The position numbers and the translations under genes were made by a program. The notes under the pieces were generated by a model, which worked only from the letters and a program-made list of their open reading frames with translations, ran no database searches and was not told the origin of the DNA. Positions 39,125 to 47,135 of a DNA stretch of 64,000 nt are shown here, piece after piece. The stretch lies in contig CAZFKS010000005.1 of assembly GCA_964519725.1 (NCBI GenBank), positions 6,024 to 70,023 on the forward strand. The letters run 5' to 3'. Numbering within the stretch: position 1 is the stretch's first letter; each line of letters begins with the position of its first letter. This DNA is from an uncultured Gammaproteobacteria bacterium. Lineage in GTDB: Bacteria; Patescibacteriota; Patescibacteriia; Magasanikbacterales; UBA922.

Positions 39125-39918
39125 AGCTTAATTGGCGCATGTATAAACAATTTGCGGAAATCGCTTGGTCAGAAACAATTGCATACCGTTTAAATTTTTT
39201 CCTCAGTCGCGTGCGTTATATTTTGGCAGTGATCCTGCTCTTTTTTGTTTGGCAGAGTGTGGGCACCACCCAAAAAACTGTCGGCACTTTTACCACTAAT
39301 GAAATTATCACTTACACAGTGGGCTTGTTGGTCGTTCGCGCGCTAGTTTTTGGCTACCAATCCCGGCGGGTAGCGGCTGATATTAATAATGGCACACTCA
39401 GTACTTACCTTTTGAAACCCGCTGAGTACTTGGGTTTTATGTTTATCAAAGAGTGCACCCAAAAATTTGTGTCCTTAATTAGTTCAATTGTTGAACTAAC
39501 CATTCTACTTTTTATTTTCCCGATTCCATTTACCGCTCCGCCAGTTGCAGTTTGGTTGCAAGTGGCTGTGATTATTTTTTTGGCCCACATCATGTACTTT
39601 TGCCTCAGCACCACCTTTAGTTTAATTGCGTTTTGGTCCAAAGAAGCCTTTGGTCCACGTTTTTTATTTGAGTGGTTTTTGGAATTTGCGGCCGGAGCCT
39701 ACATTCCAATTGCCTTATTCCCAGGACCTGTCCGGACTTTATTTGAACACCTACCATTTGTCCACTTTGTTTCCACTCCACTCTTAGTTTTCCTCCAAAA
39801 AATTACTCCAAGCCCAGCGCTATGGTTTGAACTTTTGGCCTGGTGCGTGTTTTTTGCCGGCGCCATGCTCATGGTTTGGCAGATTGGTTTGCGGCAGTAT
39901 CGCGCTGAAGGCCTATGA
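39121..39918 (+). CDS. ABC-2 family permease, type A (copy 3)
   Basis: GTFTTNEIITYTVGLLVV ... DINNGTLSTYLLKPAE. Confidence 0.75.
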   Translation: MKLNWRMYKQFAEIAWSETIAYRLNFFLSRVRYILAVILLFFVWQSVGTTQKTVGTFTTNEIITYTVGLLVVRALVFGYQSRRVAADINNGTLSTYLLKPAEYLGFMFIKECTQKFVSLISSIVELTILLFIFPIPFTAPPVAVWLQVAVIIFLAHIMYFCLSTTFSLIAFWSKEAFGPRFLFEWFLEFAAGAYIPIALFPGPVRTLFEHLPFVHFVSTPLLVFLQKITPSPALWFELLAWCVFFAGAMLMVWQIGLRQYRAEGL

Positions 39919-40697
39919 AATACCCACATATTCTAAGGCAATTGGCCAGCCTATCACTCCAAGACATGCTAACATCGCGCGTCGATAGTCTGGCTTATCT
40001 GCTGGGAAAAATTCTCCGCTTTGGTTTATTTTGGTTGACTATTACTGGAATTTATCACTTTCTTCCCCAAATCGCTGGCTATTCTTACACGGAATTATTA
40101 ACTTTTTTTCTAACTTTTAATTTAGTAGACGTGATGGGTCAAGCTTTATTCCGCGGAGTTTATTTTTTAGGTGATGCGGTAAAATATGGCCGGTTTGACT
40201 ACATGTTGGTAAAGCCAATTCGGCCCTTATTTTTTGTTTTGTTTCGTTTTATTGATTGGTTGGACTGTGTATTCCTGATTCCGATCACAATTTTAATGAT
40301 ATCTGTTTTAAGCACACTTGGCCCTCAGGTCACAGCCGCTAATTTAATTTGGTATGTTTGTGGTTTAATAATTGCCTTAATTATTAGTCTGACTATTCAC
40401 ATTGCGGCGGCTGGCATTACGGTTCGAGCAGGTGAAAGTGAGCAAGTAGTTTGGTTATACCGCGAAATTTTCCAGCTTGGTCGTTTTCCGACAGAAATTT
40501 TTCCCCTGCGCCTACAACTAGTTTTAACCTATGTTATTCCAATTGCGATTAGCATTGCCTGGCCAACTAAAATTTTATTGGGCTATTTGTCACCAAGCTA
40601 TTTGTGGCTGGGCGCAGGGATTAGCTTATTAGCCCTAGCCGCGTCTTTACGGTTCTGGCGGTCCAGTTTATACTATTATTCAAGTGCTTCTAGCTAA
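39915..40697 (+). CDS. ABC-2 family permease, type B (copy 3)
   Basis: IAGYSYTELLTF ... AVKYGRFDYMLVKPIR. C-terminal YYYSSASS resembles copy 1B's KSYSSASS. Confidence 0.75.
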   Translation: MKYPHILRQLASLSLQDMLTSRVDSLAYLLGKILRFGLFWLTITGIYHFLPQIAGYSYTELLTFFLTFNLVDVMGQALFRGVYFLGDAVKYGRFDYMLVKPIRPLFFVLFRFIDWLDCVFLIPITILMISVLSTLGPQVTAANLIWYVCGLIIALIISLTIHIAAAGITVRAGESEQVVWLYREIFQLGRFPTEIFPLRLQLVLTYVIPIAISIAWPTKILLGYLSPSYLWLGAGISLLALAASLRFWRSSLYYYSSASS

Positions 40698-40718
40698 AGA
40701 GAGGCTTAATTATCTACT

Positions 40719-41702
40719 ATGGCGACCATTTCTGTTAAAAATTTGAATAAAAAGTACGAATACTATCGTAAGTCTTCAGGGCTGTGGAATTCAGTAAAAA
40801 GCCTATTTCACCGTGAAAAATTATTCACTGAGGCAGTCAAAGATATTTCGTTTGAAATTAAAGAGGGCGAATTTGTTGGGTTTTTAGGCCCAAATGGCGC
40901 GGGAAAAACTACGACCCTAAAAATGTTATCCGGAATTTTGTACCCTACCAGTGGTAAGGCCACAGTGCTGGGGTATGTACCAAGTAAACGCCAAGCCGTT
41001 TTTCAAAAACAATTTGCCCTGGTCATGGGTCAAAAAAATCAGCTCTGGTGGGACTTACCAGCCATGGAAAGTTTTCTTTTAAACAAAGCGATTTATGAAG
41101 TTCCAGACGCTGAGTTTGACGCCAGTTTAAATGAACTGACTGAACTCCTGGAAATTAAAGATATTTTGGATATTCCAGTGCGCAAACTTTCGCTTGGCCA
41201 ACGCATGAAATGCGAACTGGCCGCTGCCCTCCTCCACTCACCAAAGGTATTATTTCTCGACGAACCAACCATTGGTCTAGATGTTGTTTCACAAAATAAT
41301 ATTCGTGAGTTCTTAAAAAAATACAATAAAACCAAGAAAACTACGATTATTTTGACTTCCCACTACATGGAAGATGTGGCGGCCCTCTGCGAGCGCGTCA
41401 TTATTATTAATTATGGTCAAGTGATTTACGATGGCAAATTGGCCGCTCTCCTAGACGAGCACGCTGATCATAAAATTTTGGAAATCACGTTTACGGAAGA
41501 TATTGAAAAAAGCACACTCCAAAAATACGGCACAGTCAAAGAATACAAAACCAAGTACGCGATTGTCGAGGTGCCAAAAACTTCGGCCAAAAAAGTAGCG
41601 GCGGAAATTCTGACAAAACTTCCAGTAGATGATATACTCATTAATGAAGTGAGTATTGATGATGTAATCCGTCACATTTTCTCGCTGAGTAAAAAATCGT
41701 AA
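40719..41702 (+). CDS. ABC transporter ATP-binding protein (partner of the ABC-2 permeases)
   Basis: Walker A GPNGAGKTTTLKM, signature LSLGQRMK, Walker B LFLDEPTIGLD, and a C-terminal extension domain. Confidence 0.9.
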   Translation: MATISVKNLNKKYEYYRKSSGLWNSVKSLFHREKLFTEAVKDISFEIKEGEFVGFLGPNGAGKTTTLKMLSGILYPTSGKATVLGYVPSKRQAVFQKQFALVMGQKNQLWWDLPAMESFLLNKAIYEVPDAEFDASLNELTELLEIKDILDIPVRKLSLGQRMKCELAAALLHSPKVLFLDEPTIGLDVVSQNNIREFLKKYNKTKKTTIILTSHYMEDVAALCERVIIINYGQVIYDGKLAALLDEHADHKILEITFTEDIEKSTLQKYGTVKEYKTKYAIVEVPKTSAKKVAAEILTKLPVDDILINEVSIDDVIRHIFSLSKKS

Positions 41703-41713
41703 TTTCCTGTCCT

Positions 41714-42787
41714 ATGGTTAAGACTGAAAAAGTGAATTTTAGCAAAATGCGCTCGGCCTTTTTCTTTGGCCTGATTGCGCTGTTGACTATGGCCATGCTC
41801 TATTTATTTCAACCTTTCTTTTACCCAATTTTCTGGGCCGCGGTAATTGCCGTAATGTTTTACCCACACTACGAATGGTTAAATAATTATCTCAAAATGC
41901 CAAATCTCAATGCTGGGATTATGGTTGGTATAGTGATTTTGACTATTTTCATCCCATTAACACTGGTGTTTGCGCTCCTGGCCAGTGAAGCGGGCAAAGC
42001 TTATGGTCGGGTAGATGTAAATGACATCACTCCACATGTGCAAAAATTAACTGAATGGTTAAATCACACACCACTTGGCAATATGTTACCAAGTTCACCA
42101 GCAGAGTGGAGTAAAAAAACTGCCGAGTGGGGTGAAAAAATTAGTGGCTCAATGCTGACCTATTTGAAAAGCTTTACTCAAAACTCGTTCAGTTTTATTT
42201 TCAATTTATTCCTAATGTTTTACTCGCTCTTTTTCTTTTTCCGTGACGGTAAAGCCATACTCATGCGTCTCATGCACTTATCACCGCTTGGGGAAAAATA
42301 TGAAATCATGCTTTACGAACATTTCACTTCCACCACGCGCGCCACTTTGAAGAGCACCCTGATTGTGGGCACAATTCAGGGACTACTAGGTGCACTTTTG
42401 TTCTGGCTAACTGGGGTGTCAGGTGCGTTTGTGTGGGGCGTGTTAATGTTGGTGTTCTGTTTAATTCCAGCGGTTGGTTCATTTATTGTCTGGCTCCCAA
42501 TTGGTTTAATCATGCTGGCACTTGGCAATATTTGGCAGGGTGTAACAATTTTAGCCGTTGGTGCGCTCGTCATTAGTACGATTGATAATTTCCTCCGCCC
42601 ACCACTCATCGGCAAGGACATTCAGATGCACCCACTCTTGGTTTTATTCTCAACCCTTGGCGGAATTTTCGTATTTGGCATTTCTGGGTTTGTGATCGGG
42701 CCAGTTCTAGCTTCGCTCTACCTCGCGACCATGAGCATTTACGACCATTACTACAAAAACGAATTAGACTTAGAACATAAAGCTTAA
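41714..42787 (+). CDS. AI-2E family transporter (PerM/UPF0118)
   Basis: Eight TM helices with a typical AI-2E N-terminus (FFFGLIALLTMAMLYLFQPFFYPIFWAAVIAV) and a C-terminal GPVLASL. Confidence 0.8.
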   Translation: MVKTEKVNFSKMRSAFFFGLIALLTMAMLYLFQPFFYPIFWAAVIAVMFYPHYEWLNNYLKMPNLNAGIMVGIVILTIFIPLTLVFALLASEAGKAYGRVDVNDITPHVQKLTEWLNHTPLGNMLPSSPAEWSKKTAEWGEKISGSMLTYLKSFTQNSFSFIFNLFLMFYSLFFFFRDGKAILMRLMHLSPLGEKYEIMLYEHFTSTTRATLKSTLIVGTIQGLLGALLFWLTGVSGAFVWGVLMLVFCLIPAVGSFIVWLPIGLIMLALGNIWQGVTILAVGALVISTIDNFLRPPLIGKDIQMHPLLVLFSTLGGIFVFGISGFVIGPVLASLYLATMSIYDHYYKNELDLEHKA

Positions 42788-42793
42788 GCAAAC

Positions 42794-42819
42794 AAAAAAT
42801 CCCCACGTGGGGATTTTTT
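42794..42819. terminator. intrinsic terminator
   Basis: aaaaaatcccc-acgt-ggggatttttt. Confidence 0.6.
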
Positions 42820-42869
42820 AATAAAAATGGTTGGGCGGCGAGCGGGCGCGTCGTCGTCCAACGCGCGGC

Positions 42870-43124
42870 TCACCGCCTAGTTCTCGGCGAAGAGGGCGGG
42901 GGCAATTCCACGGCCGGACCCAGAGGATTTACCTCGGAGATCCGGTAGTTGTTGGCCTGCACATAACTCGGAGGCACACTCTTCAGCGCCTCCGCGTGAG
43001 TGGTTAGTCCACTTTTGTGCAAGACCCACTTGCTTTTCGGATCGCTCCTGACCTCCACCTTCCAGGTGGAGGGTTCTGGAATTGGCTGGGCCGGGATAAA
43101 CTTCAAAGGCTTCTTGGTGCTCAC
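42870..43124 (-). CDS. hypothetical 84-aa protein on the high-GC islet abutting tRNA-Leu (GTG start)
   Basis: GC-rich ORF preceded by a strong SD (ccAAGGAGAtcgtcGTG) and followed by a GC-rich imperfect hairpin. No recognised domain. An alternative overlapping 99-aa frame exists but has a poorer start context. Confidence 0.45.
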   Translation of the reverse strand: MSTKKPLKFIPAQPIPEPSTWKVEVRSDPKSKWVLHKSGLTTHAEALKSVPPSYVQANNYRISEVNPLGPAVELPPPSSPRTRR

Positions 43125-43185
43125 GACGATCTCCTTGGACAGACCAAATCTGTCTTAGTTTGTACTTATTTATCATATTTTAAAT

Positions 43186-43222
43186 AAAAAAACAAGATCC
43201 AGAGTCAGGATCTTAGTTTTAG
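43186..43222 (-). terminator. intrinsic terminator following tRNA-Leu
   Basis: On the minus strand: ctaagatcc-tgactctg-ggatcttg followed by T7. Confidence 0.5.
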
Positions 43223-43225
43223 GTG

Positions 43226-43308
43226 TGCCGCGGGCGGGACTCGAACCCGCACGACCTTGCGATCGGGGGATTTTAAGTCCCCTGTGTATACCATTTCACC
43301 ACCGCGGC
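43226..43308 (-). tRNA. tRNA-Leu (anticodon TAA), type II with a long variable arm, CCA not encoded
   Basis: Minus-strand sequence GCCGCGGTGGTGAAATGGTATACACAGGGGACTTAAAATCCCCCGATCGCAAGGTCGTGCGGGTTCGAGTCCCGCCCGCGGCA. Anticodon loop CTTAAAA, 15-nt variable arm, acceptor GCCGCGG/CCGCGGC. Confidence 0.85.
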
Positions 43309-43347
43309 GCAGGAATATAATAGCAGAGCTTACAATCCTTTTCAAGC

Positions 43348-43887
43348 CTACTTCTCCCAAAAGACCTCTTTCTCCCCAGCCTCGGTATTGAGGTACCGTC
43401 CCAGCACAAAGAGCGCATCACTCAGCCGGTTTAAATATTTTTGCACCACTGCCAACCCATTATATTCACTTGCCAGCCCAACCACTTGCCGCTCGGCCCG
43501 CCGGCAAATTGCCCGGGCCACAAAACTCTGGGCTGCCCCCAAACTTCCACCTGGTAAAATAAATTGCGTCAGTGGCGACAAATTTTCTGACCAAGCATCA
43601 ATCCATGCTTCTAGTTCTATCACTGCACTTTCAGGCAGTTGTGGCACAGCTACCAAATCCGTTTGCACCGCGGCAAGCTGCGACCCCACCACAAACAAAT
43701 TATTCTGCATGGTTTTTAATTTACTTTTTACACTTTCAGGCGTCACCAAAGCCACCAGCACTCCTAGGGCGCTATTCAGTTCATCTACCTCACCAATCGC
43801 TTCCATTTCAAGGCAATTTTTCTTAACCCGTTTTCCACCCAAGAGCGACGTTTCGCCCTGATCCCCAGTTTTAGTGTAAATTTTCAT
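43348..43887 (-). CDS. ATP:cob(I)alamin adenosyltransferase, PduO/MMAB type
   Basis: MKIYTKTGDQGETSLLGGKRVKKNCLEMEAIGEVDELNSALG is the canonical PduO-type N-terminus. Confidence 0.85.
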   Translation of the reverse strand: MKIYTKTGDQGETSLLGGKRVKKNCLEMEAIGEVDELNSALGVLVALVTPESVKSKLKTMQNNLFVVGSQLAAVQTDLVAVPQLPESAVIELEAWIDAWSENLSPLTQFILPGGSLGAAQSFVARAICRRAERQVVGLASEYNGLAVVQKYLNRLSDALFVLGRYLNTEAGEKEVFWEK

Positions 43888-43928
43888 ACTTGCGTTTTGG
43901 CTCAAAAATAGTTAAGCTGCCTAGCACT

Positions 43929-44624
43929 ATGACACAAACTCAGCCTATCCCGCAACACCTCGCCATTATTCTGGACGGCAATCGCCGCTGGGCCGCAGAA
44001 CGCGGTTTACCCAAATTAGTTGGCCACACCCAAGGTGCCAAAAATCTCCGCATCATTGCCAAAGCCGCGCAAAAAGCGGGTGTAAAATATTTAACTGTTT
44101 ACGCCCTCTCCACTGAAAACTTAAAAGAGCGTAGCCCCGAAGAATTAAAACATTTGTTTGAATTGTTTGAACAATTAGTCGATTATCTGGGTGATTTTAT
44201 TTCTAATAATGCGCAACTCCGATTAATTGGCAACATTGACGGCCTCCCTACCAAAACCGCCACTAATTTACGCAAAGTGGCTGAAGAAACCAAAAATAAT
44301 CAGGACTTTGTATTAACCATTGCGGTTAATTACGGTGGCCGCGACGAGCTCACCCGCGCCCTGCAAAAAATTTCCGCGCAAAATATTCAAGCTGCCGAAA
44401 TTACTGAAGATTTAATTTCCCAAAATTTAGATACCGCTGGCATTCCTGACGTTGATTTACTCATTCGCCCAGGCGGACACCACCGTTTATCTAATTTTCT
44501 TTCCTGGCAATCCACCTATGCCGAACTCTACTTTGTGGATGTAAAATGGCCTGGTTTTGATGAAAATGAATTACAAAAAGCCTTCGCTTGGTTTGCCGAA
44601 CAACAGCGCAACCGCGGCAAATGA
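43929..44624 (+). CDS. uppS: isoprenyl transferase (undecaprenyl diphosphate synthase)
   Basis: HLAIILDGNRRWA, GHTQGAKNL, LTVYALSTEN and RPGGHHRLSNFLSWQSTYAELYF are classic cis-prenyltransferase motifs. Confidence 0.9.
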   Translation: MTQTQPIPQHLAIILDGNRRWAAERGLPKLVGHTQGAKNLRIIAKAAQKAGVKYLTVYALSTENLKERSPEELKHLFELFEQLVDYLGDFISNNAQLRLIGNIDGLPTKTATNLRKVAEETKNNQDFVLTIAVNYGGRDELTRALQKISAQNIQAAEITEDLISQNLDTAGIPDVDLLIRPGGHHRLSNFLSWQSTYAELYFVDVKWPGFDENELQKAFAWFAEQQRNRGK

Positions 44625-45371
44625 TTACTTTTTCTTAGCAATCCGCGAGACTTCCCAAGTAATTGCAAACAAATTATTGAGCGTGTGGTATAAATCAGCC
44701 GACTCAATAATCATCCCAAAATTTTCTTTTTGTGTGCCAATTAGGCCCACTTTATTGTCGTACAAATACACGGTCATGGGAAAAATTAAATTATTTGGCG
44801 CATAACGAAGCTCACGTTTTTCTGACTCGCTAGCTGGCCAAACTTCAGCCACTTCTTTTTGTTCAGATCGAATTACTTGCAAGGTCAAACCAGTGTTCAC
44901 ACGCTCTTTGACATACCAGGCCATGTATTCTGGACCAGGCACACGATACAAATCTTCCATTGATAAAATGCCGCGCAGAATTTTTGAGCGACAAGTGAGC
45001 GTATCAGCAAACACAGTTTTAATTCCCGAAACACCAGCGTAAAAACGAATATGTGGACGCACGCCCGTAGTGTTAAGAAGCGAAGCTAGTTCTGGTAACA
45101 CCGCTTCCAACTTGCGCTCTTTTTCCTTTAAAATATTTTTTAATTTTTGTGGATCTTCAGCTGTGTAAATCCGGGTTCGACCACGCGTAGTCAAACTAAC
45201 CAGACCCATGGCGTGCAGTTGCGTTAAAATTTCGTGCGTAGTGGTGCGCGGCAGCCCAGCTTGAACTGAAACCTCACGGGCAGTGCCAGTGCCCACTGAT
45301 AATGCGGCCAAATATACCCCACCTTTGGTCTTGTTTAGGCCAAATTCTTCCAAAACCTTTTGAATATTCAT
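44625..45371 (-). CDS. TrmB-family transcriptional regulator
   Basis: N-terminal TrmB wHTH (GLNKTKGGVYLAALSVGTGTAREVSVQAGLPRTTTHEILTQL) plus a TrmB C-terminal domain. Start at MNIQKV. Confidence 0.75.
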   Translation of the reverse strand: MNIQKVLEEFGLNKTKGGVYLAALSVGTGTAREVSVQAGLPRTTTHEILTQLHAMGLVSLTTRGRTRIYTAEDPQKLKNILKEKERKLEAVLPELASLLNTTGVRPHIRFYAGVSGIKTVFADTLTCRSKILRGILSMEDLYRVPGPEYMAWYVKERVNTGLTLQVIRSEQKEVAEVWPASESEKRELRYAPNNLIFPMTVYLYDNKVGLIGTQKENFGMIIESADLYHTLNNLFAITWEVSRIAKKK

Positions 45372-45539
45372 ATTGACGATATTTTCCGACAACAAGTGAT
45401 TGCTGTTTTTTAGCTTATCCTAGCAAAATATCTATACCACAGAATGCAATTTTTGTCAATATGTACTATAATTGTAGACGAACTTTTTGTCCAGTGGTAA
45501 TGTTGGCCGTTGCCGATACTGGCAGCGAGGGAGGGGAGA

Positions 45540-46244
45540 ATGGACCTAAAAGGACAAGTACGGAAAATAGGGCGGCCAATTTGGCGACATGCGGCTTTGC
45601 ACCGGATTTCTCAGGGGGAATTTACCCCTGACGAGATGCGGCGCTTTGTCCTGCAGCGCCATGCTTTAGCCACAGGTTTTGTCGGACTCCTCAAGAGCAT
45701 CATCCGGAATACGGACGACGAGGCTCTCAGAGAGTGTGTCTGGCAAAACCTGGCGGACGAGACCGGTCACGGCGTAGAGCGTGATTCGCATGCCACCTGG
45801 CGTGCGGATTATCTGCGCGGACTTGGGCTTGACCCGCCCTACACAGCACCGCTCTGGAGCGGCACCAGGCACTACAATGAGGTTTTGCGCGAGCTCAGCT
45901 CCGCCAATCCTCTCGTCAGTGCTGGTGCACTTTGGCTCCTGGAGCGGAGCCTTCCACCTGAATTTGCGCGAATCCGGCGCGGACTCGAGCGGGTGTTCCC
46001 AAACACCTTTGTGCTCAGTCTGGCTGATACAGCCGAAGTGCGTGCTCGCAAAGAGCGCACCCGGTTGTATCTCGTGGATCACGAACGGCACGATGCCGCG
46101 TACCACGAGCCTGACTTGCGACGTGTGCTTACCCGTCCCGACTGGGACGGACGTGCGTGCGCGTCAATTCTCTTAGGCGCTGAGCTCGTCGCCGCTGCCA
46201 AAGTGAAGTTCTACGACTCGGTCGCAGACTCGCTTGGCAAGTAA
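45540..46244 (+). CDS. hypothetical high-GC protein (234 aa), possibly heme-oxygenase-like/PqqC-TenA-like helical fold
   Basis: Strong SD (GGGAGGGGagaATG). GC3-rich codons and an all-helical, Arg-rich composition. The NLADETGHG segment is weakly reminiscent of iron-containing redox/PqqC-like proteins. Followed by the GC hairpin at 46251-46270. Confidence 0.55.
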   Translation: MDLKGQVRKIGRPIWRHAALHRISQGEFTPDEMRRFVLQRHALATGFVGLLKSIIRNTDDEALRECVWQNLADETGHGVERDSHATWRADYLRGLGLDPPYTAPLWSGTRHYNEVLRELSSANPLVSAGALWLLERSLPPEFARIRRGLERVFPNTFVLSLADTAEVRARKERTRLYLVDHERHDAAYHEPDLRRVLTRPDWDGRACASILLGAELVAAAKVKFYDSVADSLGK

Positions 46245-46294
46245 ACGCTCCCCCGGTCGCAAGGCCGGGGTCAACTCTTTGCAAAGTGAGAAAT

Positions 46295-46321
46295 AAAAAA
46301 TCCCCGCCAGGGGATTTTTTA
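46295..46321. terminator. bidirectional intrinsic terminator between the convergent high-GC genes
   Basis: aaaaaatcccc-gcca-ggggatttttt. An upstream GC hairpin ccccggtcgcaaggccgggg and the palindrome ctttgcaaag also lie here. Confidence 0.55.
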
Positions 46322-46418
46322 TTTTAAACCAACTTAATATTCATTTAAAAAAAATAAATACTCAGTTAGGTTGCGCGGCCGATCCTTTTCGGACCAGTCA
46401 CCGCGCTTCCCTCCTGCG

Positions 46419-46994
46419 CTAGTCTTTGGTGATGGGGTCTGGGTCCCCTTCAGCCATTCCGTAGCGCTTTTGACCGCGATCAGTCTTGTGGTCGATGGTG
46501 CCATGTGACACTTCAACCACTGTGGCGCTGCAGAGCGGTCGCAGAACCAGCTGAACCGGTGAGCGATCGGGCCCAAACGTCTGGGGAACCTCCCCAACGT
46601 TCAGAACCGAGAGCACTGCGCCTTTCCAGTCGGCTGGGTCCGGGCGGTAGTTCTGGTCGAACACCACACCGGCCGGAATCACGAGCCGTTTTTTGGCCGG
46701 ACCAGTCTTGGCCACGACCTCGGCGAACCACCCTGGCGGTGGAACAAAGGTGAGTCCGGTGGCGAACTCGGCCGCTTGTCCGGGAAGGACTGTGAACTCC
46801 TCCACAGGAAACACGTCCCAGCCCGAGTCTGAGGCATGGGATTTGGTGGGAATTCTTCCCCCCATTTCCCGAGCCCTCGGGTGAAGGCTGAATTTGAAGA
46901 CCGCAGGGCCCTTTTCCTCGAGCCGAGAAATTCTCCAGTTGATCCAGCCGAATCCAAACACCACGACCGCTGTAACGACACTTTCAAAGACCAT
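46419..46994 (-). CDS. hypothetical high-GC protein (191 aa) with dUTPase/dCTP-deaminase-like beta-barrel motifs and an N-terminal TM segment
   Basis: SD cGGAGGGAGaaaagccATG at MVFESVV. Segments SDSGWDV, VAKTGPAKK, GVVFDQNYRPD and RSPVQLVL align with dUTPase motifs I, III, IV and V in order. GC3-rich. Confidence 0.5.
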   Translation of the reverse strand: MVFESVVTAVVVFGFGWINWRISRLEEKGPAVFKFSLHPRAREMGGRIPTKSHASDSGWDVFPVEEFTVLPGQAAEFATGLTFVPPPGWFAEVVAKTGPAKKRLVIPAGVVFDQNYRPDPADWKGAVLSVLNVGEVPQTFGPDRSPVQLVLRPLCSATVVEVSHGTIDHKTDRGQKRYGMAEGDPDPITKD

Positions 46995-47085
46995 GGCTTT
47001 TCTCCCTCCGTTTTTGGAGTCCAATTTTACCATAAGGTTATATTTTTTCAATATTACTTAATGTCTCAAAATAAATATTTAAAAA

Positions 47086-47118
47086 ATAAAAAATCCCCCG
47101 ATTCCGGAGGATTTTTTA
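47086..47118. terminator. bidirectional intrinsic terminator
   Basis: aaaaaatcccccg-attc-cggaggatttttt between the dUTPase-like gene and the nrdJ 3' end. Confidence 0.55.
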
Positions 47119-47135
47119 TTAACTATCCCATCTCT

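Noticed and set aside
42877-43176. Alternative 99-aa frame on the tRNA-Leu islet.
   Set aside because: Its start has no SD and begins in AT-rich terminator sequence. The overlapping 84-aa frame has a strong SD. Kept only as a note.
42826-43180. Possibility that the GC-rich block next to tRNA-Leu (and the other GC-rich blocks) encodes a housekeeping structured RNA (RNase P RNA, tmRNA, SRP/4.5S, 6S).
   Set aside because: None of the characteristic conserved motifs were found by eye (RNase P AGGAAAGTCCGGGCTCC, tmRNA tag ORF with 3' tRNA-like end, SRP domain IV GGAAGCAGCC). Each block contains an SD-preceded ORF instead. Only a covariance-model scan could fully exclude it.
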